Shown: one piece after another, positions 14,276 to 27,872 of the stretch | Layout: every line of letters begins with the position of its first letter | Position numbering within the stretch: position 1 is the stretch's first letter | Assembly: GCF_009914755.1 (NCBI RefSeq) | Contig: NC_060929.1 | Source: the human T2T-CHM13v2.0 reference genome, Homo sapiens | Length of the DNA stretch: 64,000 nucleotides | Reading direction: 5' to 3' (one strand) | Made by a program: the position numbers and the translations under genes | Notes under the pieces: generated by a model | Databases searched by the model: none | What the model was told of the DNA's origin: nothing | The model's input: the letters and a program-made list of their open reading frames with translations, nothing else

Positions 14276-17200
14276 GTTCCCTTAGACAGAGCAGATTTGA
14301 AACACTCTTTTTGTGCAATTGGCAAGTGGAGATTTCAAGCGCTTTAAGGTCAATGGCAGAAAAGGAAATATCTTCGTTTCAAAACTAGACAGAATCATTC
14401 CCACAAACTGCGTTGTGATGTGTTCGTTCATCTCACAGAGTTTAACCTTTCTTTTCGTAGAGCAGTTAGGAAACAGTCTGTTTGTAAATTCTGTAAGTGG
14501 ATATTCTGACATCTTGTGGCCTTCGTTGGAAACGGGATTTCTTCATATTCTGCTAGACAGAAGAATTCTCAGAATCTTCCTTGTGTTGTGTGTATTCAAC
14601 TCACACAGTTGAACGATTGTTTACACAGAGCAGATTTGAAACACTCTTTCTGTGGAATTTGCAAGTGGAGATTTCAGCCGCTTTGAGGTCAATGGTAGAA
14701 AAGGAAATATCTTCGTATAAAAAACTAGACAGAATGATTCTCAGAAACTTCTTTGTGATGTGTGCGTTCAACTCACAGAGTTTAACCTTTCTTTTCATGG
14801 AGCAGTTAGGAAACACTCTGTTTGTAAACTCTGCAAGTGGATATTCAGACCTCTTTGAGGCCTTCGTTGGAAACGGGATTTCTTCATACTGTGCTAGACA
14901 GAAGAATTCTCAGTAACTTCCTTGTGTTGTGTGTATTCAACTCACAGAGTTGAACGATCCTTTACACAGAGCAGACTTGAAACACTCTTTTTGTGGAATT
15001 TGCAAGTGGAGATTTCAGCCGCGTTGAGGTCAATGGTAGAAAAGGAAATATCTTCGTATAAAAACTAGACAGAATGATTCTCAGAAACTCCTTTGTGATG
15101 TGTGTGTTCAACTCACAGAGTTTAACATTTCTTTTCATAGAGCAGTTAGGAAACACTCTGTTTGTAAAGTCTGCAAGTGGATATTCAGACCTCTTTGAGG
15201 CCTTCGTTGGAAACGGGTTTTTTTCATATAAGGCTAGAGAGAAGAATTCCCAGTAACTTCCTTGTGTTGTGTGTGTTCAACTCACAGAGTTGAACTTTCA
15301 TTTACACAGAGCAGATTTGAAACACTCTTTTTGTGGAATTTGCAAGTGGAGATTTCAAGCGCTTTCAGGCCAAAGGCAGAAAAGGAAATATCTTCGTATA
15401 AAAACTAGACAGAATCATTCTCAGAAACTGCTCTGCGATGTGTGCGTTCAACTCTCAGAGTTTAACTTTGCTTTTCATTCAGCAGTTTGGAAACACTCTG
15501 TTTGTAAAGTCTGCACGTGGATAATTTGACCACTTAGAGGCCTTCGTTGGAAACGGGTTTTTTTCATGTAAGGCTAGACAGAAGAATTCTCAGTAACTTC
15601 CTTGTGTTGTGTGTATTCAACTCACAGAGTTGACCGATCCTTTACACAGAGCAGACTTGTAACACTCTTTTTGTGGAATTTGCAAGTGGAGATTTCAGCC
15701 GCTTTGAAGTCAAAGGTAGAAAAGGGAATATCTTCCTATAAAAACTAGACAGAATGATTCTCAGAAACTCCTTTGTGATGTGTGCGTTCAACTCACAGAG
15801 TTTAACCTTTCTTTTCATAGAGCAGTTAGGAAACACTCTGTTTCTAAAGTCTGCAAGTGGATATTCAGACCTCTTTGAGGCCTTCGTTGGAAACGGGTTT
15901 TTTTCATATAAGGCTAGAGAGAAGAATTCCCAGTAACTTCCTTGTGTTGTGTGTGTTCAACTCACAGAGTTGAACTTTCATTTACACAGAGCAGATTTGA
16001 AACACTCTTTTTGTGGAATTTGCAAATGGAGATTTCAAGCGCTTTGAGGCCAAAGGCAGAAAAGGAAATATCTTCGTATAAAAACTAGACAGAATCATTC
16101 TCAGAAACTGCTCTGCGATGTGTGCGTTCAACTCTCAGAGTTTAACTTTGCTTTTCATTCAGCAGTTTGGAAACACTCTGTTTGTAAAGTCTGCACGTGG
16201 ATAATTTGACCACTTAGAGGCCTTCGTTGGAAACGGGTTTTTTTCATGTAAGGCTAGACAGAAGAATTCTCAGTAACTTCCTTGTGTTGTGTGTATTCAA
16301 CTCACACAGTTGAACGATCCTTTACACAGAGCAGACTTGTAACACTCTTTTTGTGGAATTTGCAAGTGGAGATTTCAGCCGCTTTGAAGTCAAAGGTAGA
16401 AAAGGAAATATCTTCCTATAAAAACTAGACAGAATGATTCTCAGAAACTCCTTTGTGATGTGTGCGTTCAACTCACAGAGTTTAACCTTTCTTTTCATAG
16501 AGCAGTTAGGAAACACTCTGTTTGTAAAGTCTCCAAGTGGATATTCAGACCTCTTTGAGGCCTTCGTTGGAAACGGGTTTTTTTCATATAAGGCTAGACA
16601 GAAGAATTCCCAGTAACTTCCTTGTGTTGTGTGTGTTCAACTCACAGAGTTGAACTTTCATTTACACAGAGCAGATTTGAAACACTCTTTTTGTGGAATT
16701 TGCAAGTGGAGATTTCAAGCGCTTTGAGGCCAAAGGCAGAAAAGGAAATATCTTCGTATAAAAACTAGACAGAATCATTCTCAGAAACTGCTCTGCGATG
16801 TGTGCGTTCAACTCTCAGAGTTTAACTTTTCTTCTCATTCAGCAGTTTGGAAACACTCTGTTTGTAAAGTCTGCACGTGGATAATTTGACCACTTAGAGG
16901 CCTTCGTTGGAAACGGGTTTTTTTCATGTAAGGCTAGACAGAAGAATTCTCAGTAACTTCCTTGTGTTGTGTGTATTCAACTCACAGAGTTGAACGATCC
17001 TTTACACAGAGCAGACTTGTAACACTCTTTTTGTGGAATTTGCAAGTGGAGATTTCAGCCGCTTTGAAGTCAAAGGTAGAAAAGGAAATATCTTCCTATA
17101 AAAACTAGACAGAATGATTCTCAGAAACTCCTTTGTGATGTGTGTTTTCAACTCACAGAGTTTAACCTTTCTTTTCATAGAGCAGTTAGGAATCACTCTG

Positions 17201-20200
17201 TTTGTAAAGTCTGCAAGTGGATATTCAGACCTCTTTGAGGCCTTCGTTGGAAACGGGTTTTTTTCATATAAGGCTAGACAGAAGAATTCCCAGTAACTTC
17301 CTTGTGTTGTGTGTGTTCAACTCACAGAGTTGAACTTTCATTTACACAGAGCAGATTTGAAACACTCTTTTTGTGGAATTTGCAAATGGAGATTTCAAGC
17401 GCTTTGAGGCCAAAGGCAGAAAAGGAAATATCTTTGTATAAAAACTAGACAGAATCATTCTCAGAAACTGCTCTGCGATGTGTGCGTTCAACTCTCAGAG
17501 TTTAACTTTGCTTTTCATTCAGCAGTTTGGAAACACTCTGTTTGTAAAGTCTGCACGTGGATAATTTGACCACTTAGAGGCCTTCGTTGGAAACGGGTTT
17601 TTTTCATGTAAGGCTAGACAGAAGAATTCTCAGTAACTTCCTTGTGTTGTGTGTATTCAACTCACACAGTTGAACGATCCTTTACACAGAGCAGACTTGT
17701 AACACTCTTTTTGTGGAATTTGCAAGTGGAGATTTCAGCCGCTTTGAAGTCAAAGGTAGAAAAGGAAATATCTTCCTATAAAAACTAGACAGAATGATTC
17801 TCAGAAACTCCTTTGTGATGTGTGCGTTCAACTCACAGAGTTTAACCTTTCTTTTCATAGAGCAGTTAGGAAACACTCTGTTTGTAAAGTCTCCAAGTGG
17901 ATATTCAGACCTCTTTGAGGCCTTCGTTGGAAACGGGTTTTTTTCATATAAGGCTAGACAGAAGAATTCCCAGTAACTTCCTTGTGTTGTGTGTGTTCAA
18001 CTCACAGAGTTGAACTTTGATTTACACAGAGCAGATTTGAAACACTCTTTTTGTGGAATTTGCAAGTGGAGATTTCAAGCGCTTTGAGGCCAAAGGCAGA
18101 AAAGGAAATATCTTCGTATAAAAACTAGACAGAATCATTCTCAGAAACTGCTCTGCGATGTGTGCGTTCAACTCTCAGAGTTTAACTTTTCTTTTCATTC
18201 AGCAGTTTGGAAACACTCTGTTTGTAAAGTCTGCACGTGGATATTTTGACCACTTAGAGGCCTTCGTTGGAAACGGGTTTTTTTCCTGTAAGGCTAGACA
18301 GAAGAATTCCCAGTAACTTCCTTGTGTTGTGTACATTCAACTCACAGAGTTGAACGTTCCCTTAGACAGAGCAGATTTGAAACACTCTTTTTGTGCAATT
18401 GGCAAGTGGAGATTTCAAGCGCTTTAAGGTCAATGGCAGAAAAGGAAATATCTTCGTTTCAAAACTAGACAGAATCATTCCCACAAACTGCGTTGTGATG
18501 TGTTCGTTCATCTCACAGAGTTTAACCTTTCTTTTCGTAGAGCAGTTAGGAAACAGTCTGTTTGTAAATTCTGTAAGTGGATATTCTGACATCTTGTGGC
18601 CTTCGTTGGAAACGGGATTTCTTCATATTCTGCTAGACAGAAGAATTCTCAGAATCTTCCTTGTGTTGTGTGTATTCAACTCACACAGTAGAACGATTGT
18701 TTACACAGAGCAGATTTGAAACACTCTTTCTGTGGAATTTGCAAGTGGAGATTTCAGCCGCTTTGAGGTCAATGGTAGAAAAGGAAATATCTTCGTATAA
18801 AAAACTAGACAGAATGATTCTCAGAAACTTCTTTGTGATGTGTGCGTTCAACTCACAGAGTTTAACCTTTCTTTTCATGGAGCAGTTAGGAAACACTCTG
18901 TTTGTAAACTCTGCAAGTGGATATTCAGACCTCTTTGAGGCCTTCGTTGGAAACGGGATTTCTTCATACTGTGCTAGACAGAAGAATTCTCAGTAACTTC
19001 CTTGTGTTGTGTGTATTCAACTCACAGAGTTGAACGATCCTTTACACAGAGCAGACTTGAAACACTCTTTTTGTGGAATTTGCAAGTGGAGATTTCAGCC
19101 GCGTTGAGGTCAATGGTAGAAAAGGAAATATCTTCGTATAAAAACTAGACAGAATGATTCTCAGAAACTCCTTTGTGATGTGTGTGTTCAACTCACAGAG
19201 TTTAACATTTCTTTTCATAGAGCAGTTAGGAAACACTCTGTTTGTAAAGTCTGCAAGTGGATATTCAGACCTCTTTGAGGCCTTCGTTGGAAACGGGTTT
19301 TTTTCATATAAGGCTAGAGAGAAGAATTCCCAGTAACTTCCTTGTGTTGTGTGTGTTCAACTCACAGAGTTGAACTTTCATTTACACAGAGCAGATTTGA
19401 AACACTCTTTTTGTGGAATTTGCAAGTGGAGATTTCAAGCGCTTTCAGGCCAAAGGCAGAAAAGGAAATATCTTCGTATAAAAACTAGACAGAATCATTC
19501 TCAGAAACTGCTCTGCGATGTGTGCGTTCAACTCTCAGAGTTTAACTTTTCTTTTCATTCAGCAGTTTGGAAACACTCTGTTTGTAAAGTCTGCACGTGG
19601 ATAATTTGACCACTTAGAGGCCTTCGTTGGAAACGGGTTTTTTTCATGTAAGGCTAGACAGAAGAATTCTCAGTAACTTCCTTGTGTTGTGTGTATTCAA
19701 CTCACAGAGTTGACCGATCCTTTACACAGAGCAGACTTGTAACACTCTTTTTGTGGAATTTGCAAGTGGAGATTTCAGCCGCTTTGAAGTCAAAGGTAGA
19801 AAAGGGAATATCTTCCTATAAAAACTAGACAGAATGATTCTCAGAAACTCCTTTGTGATGTGTGCGTTCAACTCACAGAGTTTAACCTTTCTTTTCATAG
19901 AGCAGTTAGGAAACACTCTGTTTGTAAAGTCTCCAAGTGGATATTCAGACCTCTTTGAGGCCTTCGTTGGAAACGGGTTTTTTTCATATAAGGCTAGACA
20001 GAAGAATTCCCAGTAACTTCCTTGTGTTGTGTGTGTTCAACTCACAGAGTTGAACTTTCATTTACACAGAGCAGATTTGAAACACTCTTTTTGTGGAATT
20101 TGCAAGTGGAGATTTCAAGCGCTGTGAGGCCAAAGGCAGAAAAGGAAATATCTTCGTATAAAAACTAGACAGAATCATTCTCAGAAACTGCTCTGTGATG

Positions 20201-22435
20201 TGTGCGTTCAACTCTCAGAGTTTAACTTTTCTTTTCATTCAGCAGTTTGGAAACACTCTGTTTGTAAAGTCTGCACGTGGATAATTTGACCACTTAGAGG
20301 CCTTCGTTGGAAACGGTTTTTTTTAATGTAAGGCTAGACAGAAGAATTCTCAGTAACTTCCTTGTGTTGTGTGTATTCAACTCACACAGTTGAACGATTC
20401 TTTACACAGAGCAGACTTGTAACACTCTTTTTGTGGAATTTGCAAGTGGAGATTTCAGCCGCTTTGAAGTCAAAGGTGGAAAAGGAAATATCTTCCTATA
20501 AAAACTAGACAGAATGATTCTCAGAAACTCCTTTGTGATGTGTGCGTTCAACTCACAGAGTTTAACCTTTCTTTTCATAGAGCAGTTAGGAAACACTCTG
20601 TTTGTAAAGTCTGCAAGTGGATATTCAGACCTCTTTGAGGCCTTCGTTGGAAACGGGTTTTTTTCATATAAGGCTAGACAGAAGAATTCCCAGTAACTTC
20701 CTTGTGTTGTGTGTGTTCAACTCACAGAGTTGAACTTTCATTTACACAGAGCAGATTTGAAACACTCTTTTTGTGGAATTTGCAAATGGAGATTTCATGC
20801 GCTTTGAGGCCAAAGGCAGAAAAGGAAATATCTTCGTATAAAAACTAGACAGAATCATTCTCAGAAACTGCTCTGCAATGTGTGCGTTCAACTCTCAGAG
20901 TTTAACTTTTCTTTTCATTCAGCAGTTTGGAAACACTCTGTTTGTAAAGTCTGCACGTGGATAATTTGACCACTTAGAGGCCTTCGTTGGAAACGGGTTT
21001 TTTTCATGTAAGGCTAGACAGAAGAATTCTCAGTAACTTCCTTGTGTTGTGTGTATTCAACTCACAGAGTTGAACGATCCTTTACACAGAGCAGACTTGT
21101 AACACTCTTTTTGTGGAATTTGCAAGTGGAGATTTCAGCCGCTTTGAAGTCAAAGGTAGAAAAGGAAATATCTTCCTATAAAAACTAGACAGAATGATTC
21201 TCAGAAACTCCTTTGTGATGTGTGCGTTCAACTCACAGAGTTTAACCTTTCTTTTCATAGAGCAGTTAGGAAACACTCTGCTTGTAAAGTCTGCAAGTGG
21301 ATATTCAGCCCTCTTTGAGGCCTTCGTTGGAAACGGGTTTTTTTCATATAAGGCTAGACAGAAGAATTCCCAGTAACTTCCTTGTGTTGTGTGTGTTCAA
21401 CTCACAGAGTTGAACTTTCATTTACACAGAGCAGATTTGAAACACTCTTTTTGTGGAATTTGCAAATGGAGATTTCAAGCGCTTTGAGGCCAAAGGCAGA
21501 AAAGGAAATATCTTCGTATAAAAACTAGACAGAATCATTCTCAGAAACTGCTCTGCGATGTGTGCGTTCAACTCTCAGAGTTTAACTTTGCTTTTCATTC
21601 AGCAGTTTGGAAACACTCTGTTTGTAAAGTCTGCACGTGGATAATTTGACCACTTAGAGGCCTTCGTTGGAAACGGGTTTTTTTCATGTAAGGCTAGACA
21701 GAAGAATTCTCAGTAACTTCCTTGTGTTGTGTGTATTCAACTCACAGAGTTGAACGATCCTTTACACAGAGCAGACTTGTAACACTCTTTTTGTGGAATT
21801 TGCAAGTGGAGATTTCAGCCGCTTTGAAGTCAAAGGTAGAAAAGGAAATATCTTCCTATAAAAACTAGACAGAATGATTCTCAGAAACTCCTTTGTGATG
21901 TGTGCGTTCAACTCACAGAGTTTAACCTTTCTTTTCATAGAGCAGTTAGGAAACACTCTGTTTGTAAAGTCTCCAAGTGGATATTCAGACCTCTTTGAGG
22001 CCTTCGTTGGAAACGGGTTTTTTTCATATAAGGCTAGACAGAAGAATTCCCAGTAACTTCCTTGTGTTGTGTGTGTTCAACTCACAGAGTTGAACTTTGA
22101 TTTACACAGAGCAGATTTGAAACACTCTTTTTGTGGAATTTGCAAGTGGAGATTTCAAGCGCTTTGAGGCCAAAGGCAGAAAAGGAAATATCTTCGTATA
22201 AAAACTAGACAGAATCATTCTCAGAAACTGCTCTGCGATGTGTGCGTTCAACTCTCAGAGTTTAACTTTTCTTTTCATTCAGCAGTTTGGAAACACTCTG
22301 TTTGTAAAGTCTGCACGTGGATATTTTGACCACTTAGAGGCCTTCGTTGGAAACGGGTTTTTTTCCTGTAAGGCTAGACAGAAGAATTCCCAGTAACTTC
22401 CTTGTGTTGTGTACATTCAACTCACAGAGTTGAAC
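14276..22435 (+). repeat. Two 24-monomer HOR variants, 4080 bp each (14276-18355, 18356-22435)
   Basis: C spacing is 4080 bp; both D dimers carry a +1 A insertion (tataaaaaact). Confidence 0.88.
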
Positions 22436-25400
22436 GTTCCCTTAGACAGAGCAGATTTGAAACACTCTTTTTGTGCAATTGGCAAGTGGAGATTTCAAGC
22501 GCTTTAAGGTCAATGGCAGAAAAGGAAATATCTTCGTTTCAAAACTAGACAGAATCATTCCCACAAACTGCGTTGTGATGTGTTCGTTCATCTCACAGAG
22601 TTTAACCTTTCTTTTCGTAGAGCAGTTAGGAAACAGTCTGTTTGTAAATTCTGTAAGTGGATATTCTGACATCTTGTGGCCTTCGTTGGAAACGGGATTT
22701 CTTCATATTCTGCTAGACAGAAGAATTCTCAGAATCTTCCTTGTGTTGTGTGTATTCAACTCACACAGTTGAACGATTGTTTACACAGAGCAGATTTGAA
22801 ACACTCTTTCTGTGGAATTTGCACGTGGAGATTTCAGCCGCTTTGAGGTCAATGGTAGAAAAGGAAATATCTTCGTATAAAAACTAGACAGAATGATTCT
22901 CAGAAACTTCTTTGTTATGTGTGCGTTCAACTCACAGAGTTTAACCTTTCTTTTCATGGAGCAGTTAGGAAACACTCTGTTTGTAAACTCTGCAAGTGGA
23001 TATTCAGACCTCTTTGAGGCCTTCGTTGGAAACGGGATTTCTTCATACTGTGCTAGACAGAAGAATTCTCAGTAACTTCCTTGTGTTGTGTGTATTCAAC
23101 TCACAGAGTTGAACGATCCTTTACACAGAGCAGACTTGAAACACTCTTTTTGTGGAATTTGCAAGTGGAGATTTCAGCCGCGTTGAGGTCAATGGTAGAA
23201 AAGGAAATATCTTCGTATAAAAACTAGACAGAATGATTCTCAGAAACTCCTTTGTGATGTGTGTGTTCAACTCACAGAGTTTAACATTTCTTTTCATAGA
23301 GCAGTTAGGAAACACTCTGTTTTTAAAGTCTGCAAGTGGATATTCAGACCTCTTTGAGGCCTTCGTTGGAAACGGGTTTTTTTCATATAAGGCTAGACAG
23401 AAGAATTCCCAGTAACTTCCTTGTGTTGTGTGTGTTCAACTCACAGAGTTGAACTTTCATTTACACAGAGCAGATTTGAAACACTCTTTTTGTGGAATTT
23501 GCAAGTGGAGATTTCAAGCGCTTTCAGGCCAAAGGCAGAAAAGGAAATATCTTCGTATAAAAACTAGACAGAATCATTCTCAGAAACTGCTCTGCGATGT
23601 GTGCGTTCAACTCTCAGAGTTTAACTTTTCTTTTCATTCAGCAGTTTGGAAACACTCTGTTTGTAAAGTCTGCACGTGGATAATTTGACCACTTAGAGTC
23701 CTTCGTTGGAAACGGGTTTTTTTCATGTAAGGCTAGACAGAAGAATTCTCAGTAACTTCCTTGTGTTGTGTGTATTCAACTCACAGAGTTGAACGATCCT
23801 TTACACAGAGCAGACTTGAAACACTCTTTTTGTGGAATTTGCAAGTGGAGATTTCAGCCGCGTTGAGGTCAATGGTAGAAAAGGAAATATCTTCGTATAA
23901 AAACTAGACAGAATGATTCTCAGAAACTCCTTTGTGATTTGTGTGTTCAACTCACAGAGTTTAACATTTCTTTTCATAGAGCAGTTAGGAAACACTCTGT
24001 TTGTAAAGTCTGCAAGTAGATATTCAGACCTCTTTGAGGCCTTCGTTGGAAACGGGTTTTTTTCATATAAGGCTAGACAGAAGAATTCCCAGTAACTTCT
24101 TTGTGTTGTGTGTGTTCAACTCACAGAGTTGAACTTTCATTTACACAGAGCAGATTTGAAACACTCTTTTTGTGGAATTTGCAAGTGGAGATATCAAGCG
24201 CTTTCAGGCCAAAGGCAGAAAAGGAAATATCTTCGTATAAAAACTAGACAGAATCATTCTCAGAAACTGCTCTGCGATGTGTGCGTTCAACTCTCAGAGT
24301 TTAACTTTTCTTTTCATTCAGCAGTTTGGAAACACTCTGTTTGTAAAGTCTGCACGTGGATAATTTGACCACTTAGAGGCCTTCGTTGGAAACGGGTTTT
24401 TTTCATGTAAGGCTAGACAGAAGAATTCTCAGTAACTTCCTTGTTTTGTGTGTATTCAACTCACAGAGTTGAACGATCCTTTACACAGAGCAGACTTGTA
24501 ACACTCTTTTTGTGGAATTTGCAAGTGGAGATTTCAGCCGCTTTGAAGTCAAAGGTAGAAAAGGAAATATCTTCCTATAAAAACTAAACAGAATGATTCT
24601 CAGAAACTCCTTTGTGATGTGTGCGTTCAACTCACAGAGTTTAACCTTTCTTTTCATAGAGCAGTTAGGAAACACTCTGCTTGTAAAGTCTGCAAGTGGA
24701 TATTCAGCCCTCTTTGAGGCCTTCGTTGGAAACGGGTTTTTTTCATATAAGGCTAGACAGAAGAATTCCCAGTAACTTCCTTGTGTTGTGTGTGTTCAAC
24801 TCACAGAGTTGAACTTTGATTTACACAGAGCAGATTTGAAACACTCTTTTTGTGGAATTTGCAAGTGGAGATTTCAAGCGCTTTGAGGCCAAAGGCAGAA
24901 AAGGAAATATCTTCGTATAAAAACTAGACAGAATCATTCTCAGAAACTGCTCTGCGATGTGTGCGTTCAACTCTCAGAGTTTAACTTTTCTTTTCATTCA
25001 GCAGTTTGGAAACACTCTGTTTGTAAAGTCTGCACGTGGATATTTTGACCACTTAGAGGCCTTCGTTGGAAACGGGTTTTTTTCCTGTAAGGCTAGACAG
25101 AAGAATTCCCAGTAACTTCCTTGTGTTGTGTACATTCAACTCACAGAGTTGAACGTTCCCTTAGACAGAGCAGATTTGAAACACTCTTTTTGTGCAATTG
25201 GCAAGTGGAGATTTCAAGCGCTTTAAGGTCAATGGCAGAAAAGGAAATATCTTCGTTTCAAAACTAGACAGAATCATTCCCACAAACTGCGTTGTGATGT
25301 GTTCGTTCATCTCACAGAGTTTAACCTTTCTTTTCGTAGAGCAGTTAGGAAACAGTCTGTTTGTAAATTCTGTAAGTGGATATTCTGACATCTTGTGGCC

Positions 25401-27872
25401 TTCGTTGGAAACGGGATTTCTTCATATTCTGCTAGACAGAAGAATTCTCAGAATCTTCCTTGTGTTGTGTGTATTCAACTCACACAGTTGAACGATTGTT
25501 TACACAGAGCAGATTTGAAACACTCTTTCTGTGGAATTTGCACGTGGAGATTTCAGCCGCTTTGAGGTCAATGGTAGAAAAGGAAATATCTTCGTATAAA
25601 AACTAGACAGAATGATTCTCAGAAACTTCTTTGTGATGTGTGCGTTCAACTCACAGAGTTTAACCTTTCTTTTCATGGAGCAGTTAGGAAACACTCTGTT
25701 TGTAAACTCTGCAAGTGGATATTCAGACCTATTTGAGGCCTTCGTTGGAAACGGGATTTCTTCATACTGTGCTAGACAGAAGAATTCTCAGTAACTTCCT
25801 TGTGTTGTGTGTATTCAACTCACAGAGTGGAACGATCCTTTACACAGAGCAGACTTGGAACACTCTTTTTGTGGAATTTGCAAGTGCAGATTTCAGCCGC
25901 GTTGAGGTCAATGGTAGAAAAGGAAATATCTTCGTATAAAAACTAGACAGAATGATTCTCAGAAACTCCTTTGTGATGTGTGTGTTCAACTCACAGAGTT
26001 TAACATTTCTTTTCATAGAGCAGTTAGGAAACACTCTGTTTTTAAAGTCTGCAAGTGGATATTCAGACCTCTTTGAGGCCTTCGTTGGAAACGGGTTTTT
26101 TCATATAAGGCTAGGCAGAAGAATTCCCAGTAACTTCCTTGTGTTGTGTGTGTTCAACTCACAGAGTTGAACTTTCATTTACACAGAGCAGATTTGAAAC
26201 ACTCTTTTTGTGGAATTTGCAAGTGGAGATTTCAAGCGCTTTCAGGCCAAAGGCAGAAAAGGAAATATCTTCGTATAAAAACTAGACAGAATCATTCTCA
26301 GAAACTGCTCTGCGATGTGTGCGTTCAACTCTCAGAGTTTAACTTTTCTTTTCATTTAGCAGTTTGGAAACACTCTGTTTGTAAAGTCTGCACGTGGATA
26401 ATTTGACCACTTAGAGGCCTTCGTTGGAAACGGGTTTTTTTCATGTAAGGCTAGACAGAAGAATTCTCAGTAACTTCCTTGTGTTGTGTGTATTCAACTC
26501 ACAGAGTTGAACGATCCTTTACACAGAGCAGACTTGAAACACTCTTTTTGTGGAATTTGCAAGTGGAGATTTCAGCCGCGTTGAGGTCAATGGTAGAAAA
26601 GGAAATATCTTCGTATAAAAACTAGACAGAATGATTCTCAGAAACTCCTTTGTGATTTGTGTGTTCAACTCACAGAGTTTAACATTTCTTTTCATAGAGC
26701 AGTTAGGAAACACTCTGTTTGTAAAGTCTGCAAGTGGATATTCAGACCTCTTTGAGGCCTTCGTTGGAAACGGGTTTTTTTCATATAAGGCTAGACAGAA
26801 GAATTCCCAGTAACTTCTTTGTGTTGTGTGTGTTCAACTCACAGAGTTGAACTTTCATTTACACAGAGCAGATTTGAAACACTCTTTTTGTGGAATTTGC
26901 AAGTGGAGATTTCAAGCGCTTTGAGGCCAAAGGCAGAAAAGGAAATATCTTCGTATAAAAACTAGACAGAATCATTCTCAGAAACTGCTCTGCGATGTGT
27001 GCGTTCAACTCTCAGAGTTTAACTTTTCTTTTCATTCAGCAGTTTGGAAACACTCTGTTTGTAAAGTCTGCACGTGGATAATTTGACCACTTAGAGGCCT
27101 TCGTTGGAAACGGGTTTTTTTCATGTAAGGCTAGACAGAAGAATTCTCAGTAACTTCCTCGTTTTGTGTGTATTCAACTCACAGAGTTGAACGATCCTTT
27201 ACACAGAGCAGACTTGTAACACTCTTTTTGTGGAATTTGCAAGTGGAGATTTCAGCCGCTTTGAAGTCAAAGGTAGAAAAGGAAATATCTTCCTATAAAA
27301 ACTAGACAGAATGATTCTCAGAAACTCCTTTGTGATGTGTGCGTTCAACTCACAGAGTTTAACCTTTCTTTTCATAGAGCAGTTAGGAAACACTCTGCTT
27401 GTAAAGTCTGCAAGTGGATATTCAGCCCTCTTTGAGGCCTTCGTTGGAAACGGGTTTTTTTCATATAAGGCTAGACAGAAGAATTCCCAGTAACTTCCTT
27501 GTGTTGTGTGTGTTCAACTCACAGAGTTGAACTTTGATTTACACAGAGCAGATTTGAAACACTCTTTTTGTGGAATTTGCAAGTGGAGATTTCAAGCGCT
27601 TTGAGGCCAAAGGCAGAAAAGGAAATATCTTCGTATAAAAACTAGACAGAATCATTCTCAGAAACTGCTCTGCGATGTGTGCGTTCAACTCTCAGAGTTT
27701 AACTTTTCTTTTCATTCAGCAGTTTGGAAACACTCTGTTTGTAAAGTCTGCACGTGGATATTTTGACCACTTAGAGGCCTTCGTTGGAAACGGGTTTTTT
27801 TCCTGTAAGGCTAGACAGAAGAATTCCCAGTAACTTCCTTGTGTTGTGTACATTCAACTCACAGAGTTGAAC
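22436..27872 (+). repeat. Two 16-monomer HOR variants (C-D-E-B-E-B-A-B'), 2719 and 2718 bp
   Basis: C landmarks at 22436, 25155 and 27873; the E marker gccgcgttgagg appears twice per unit. Confidence 0.88.
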
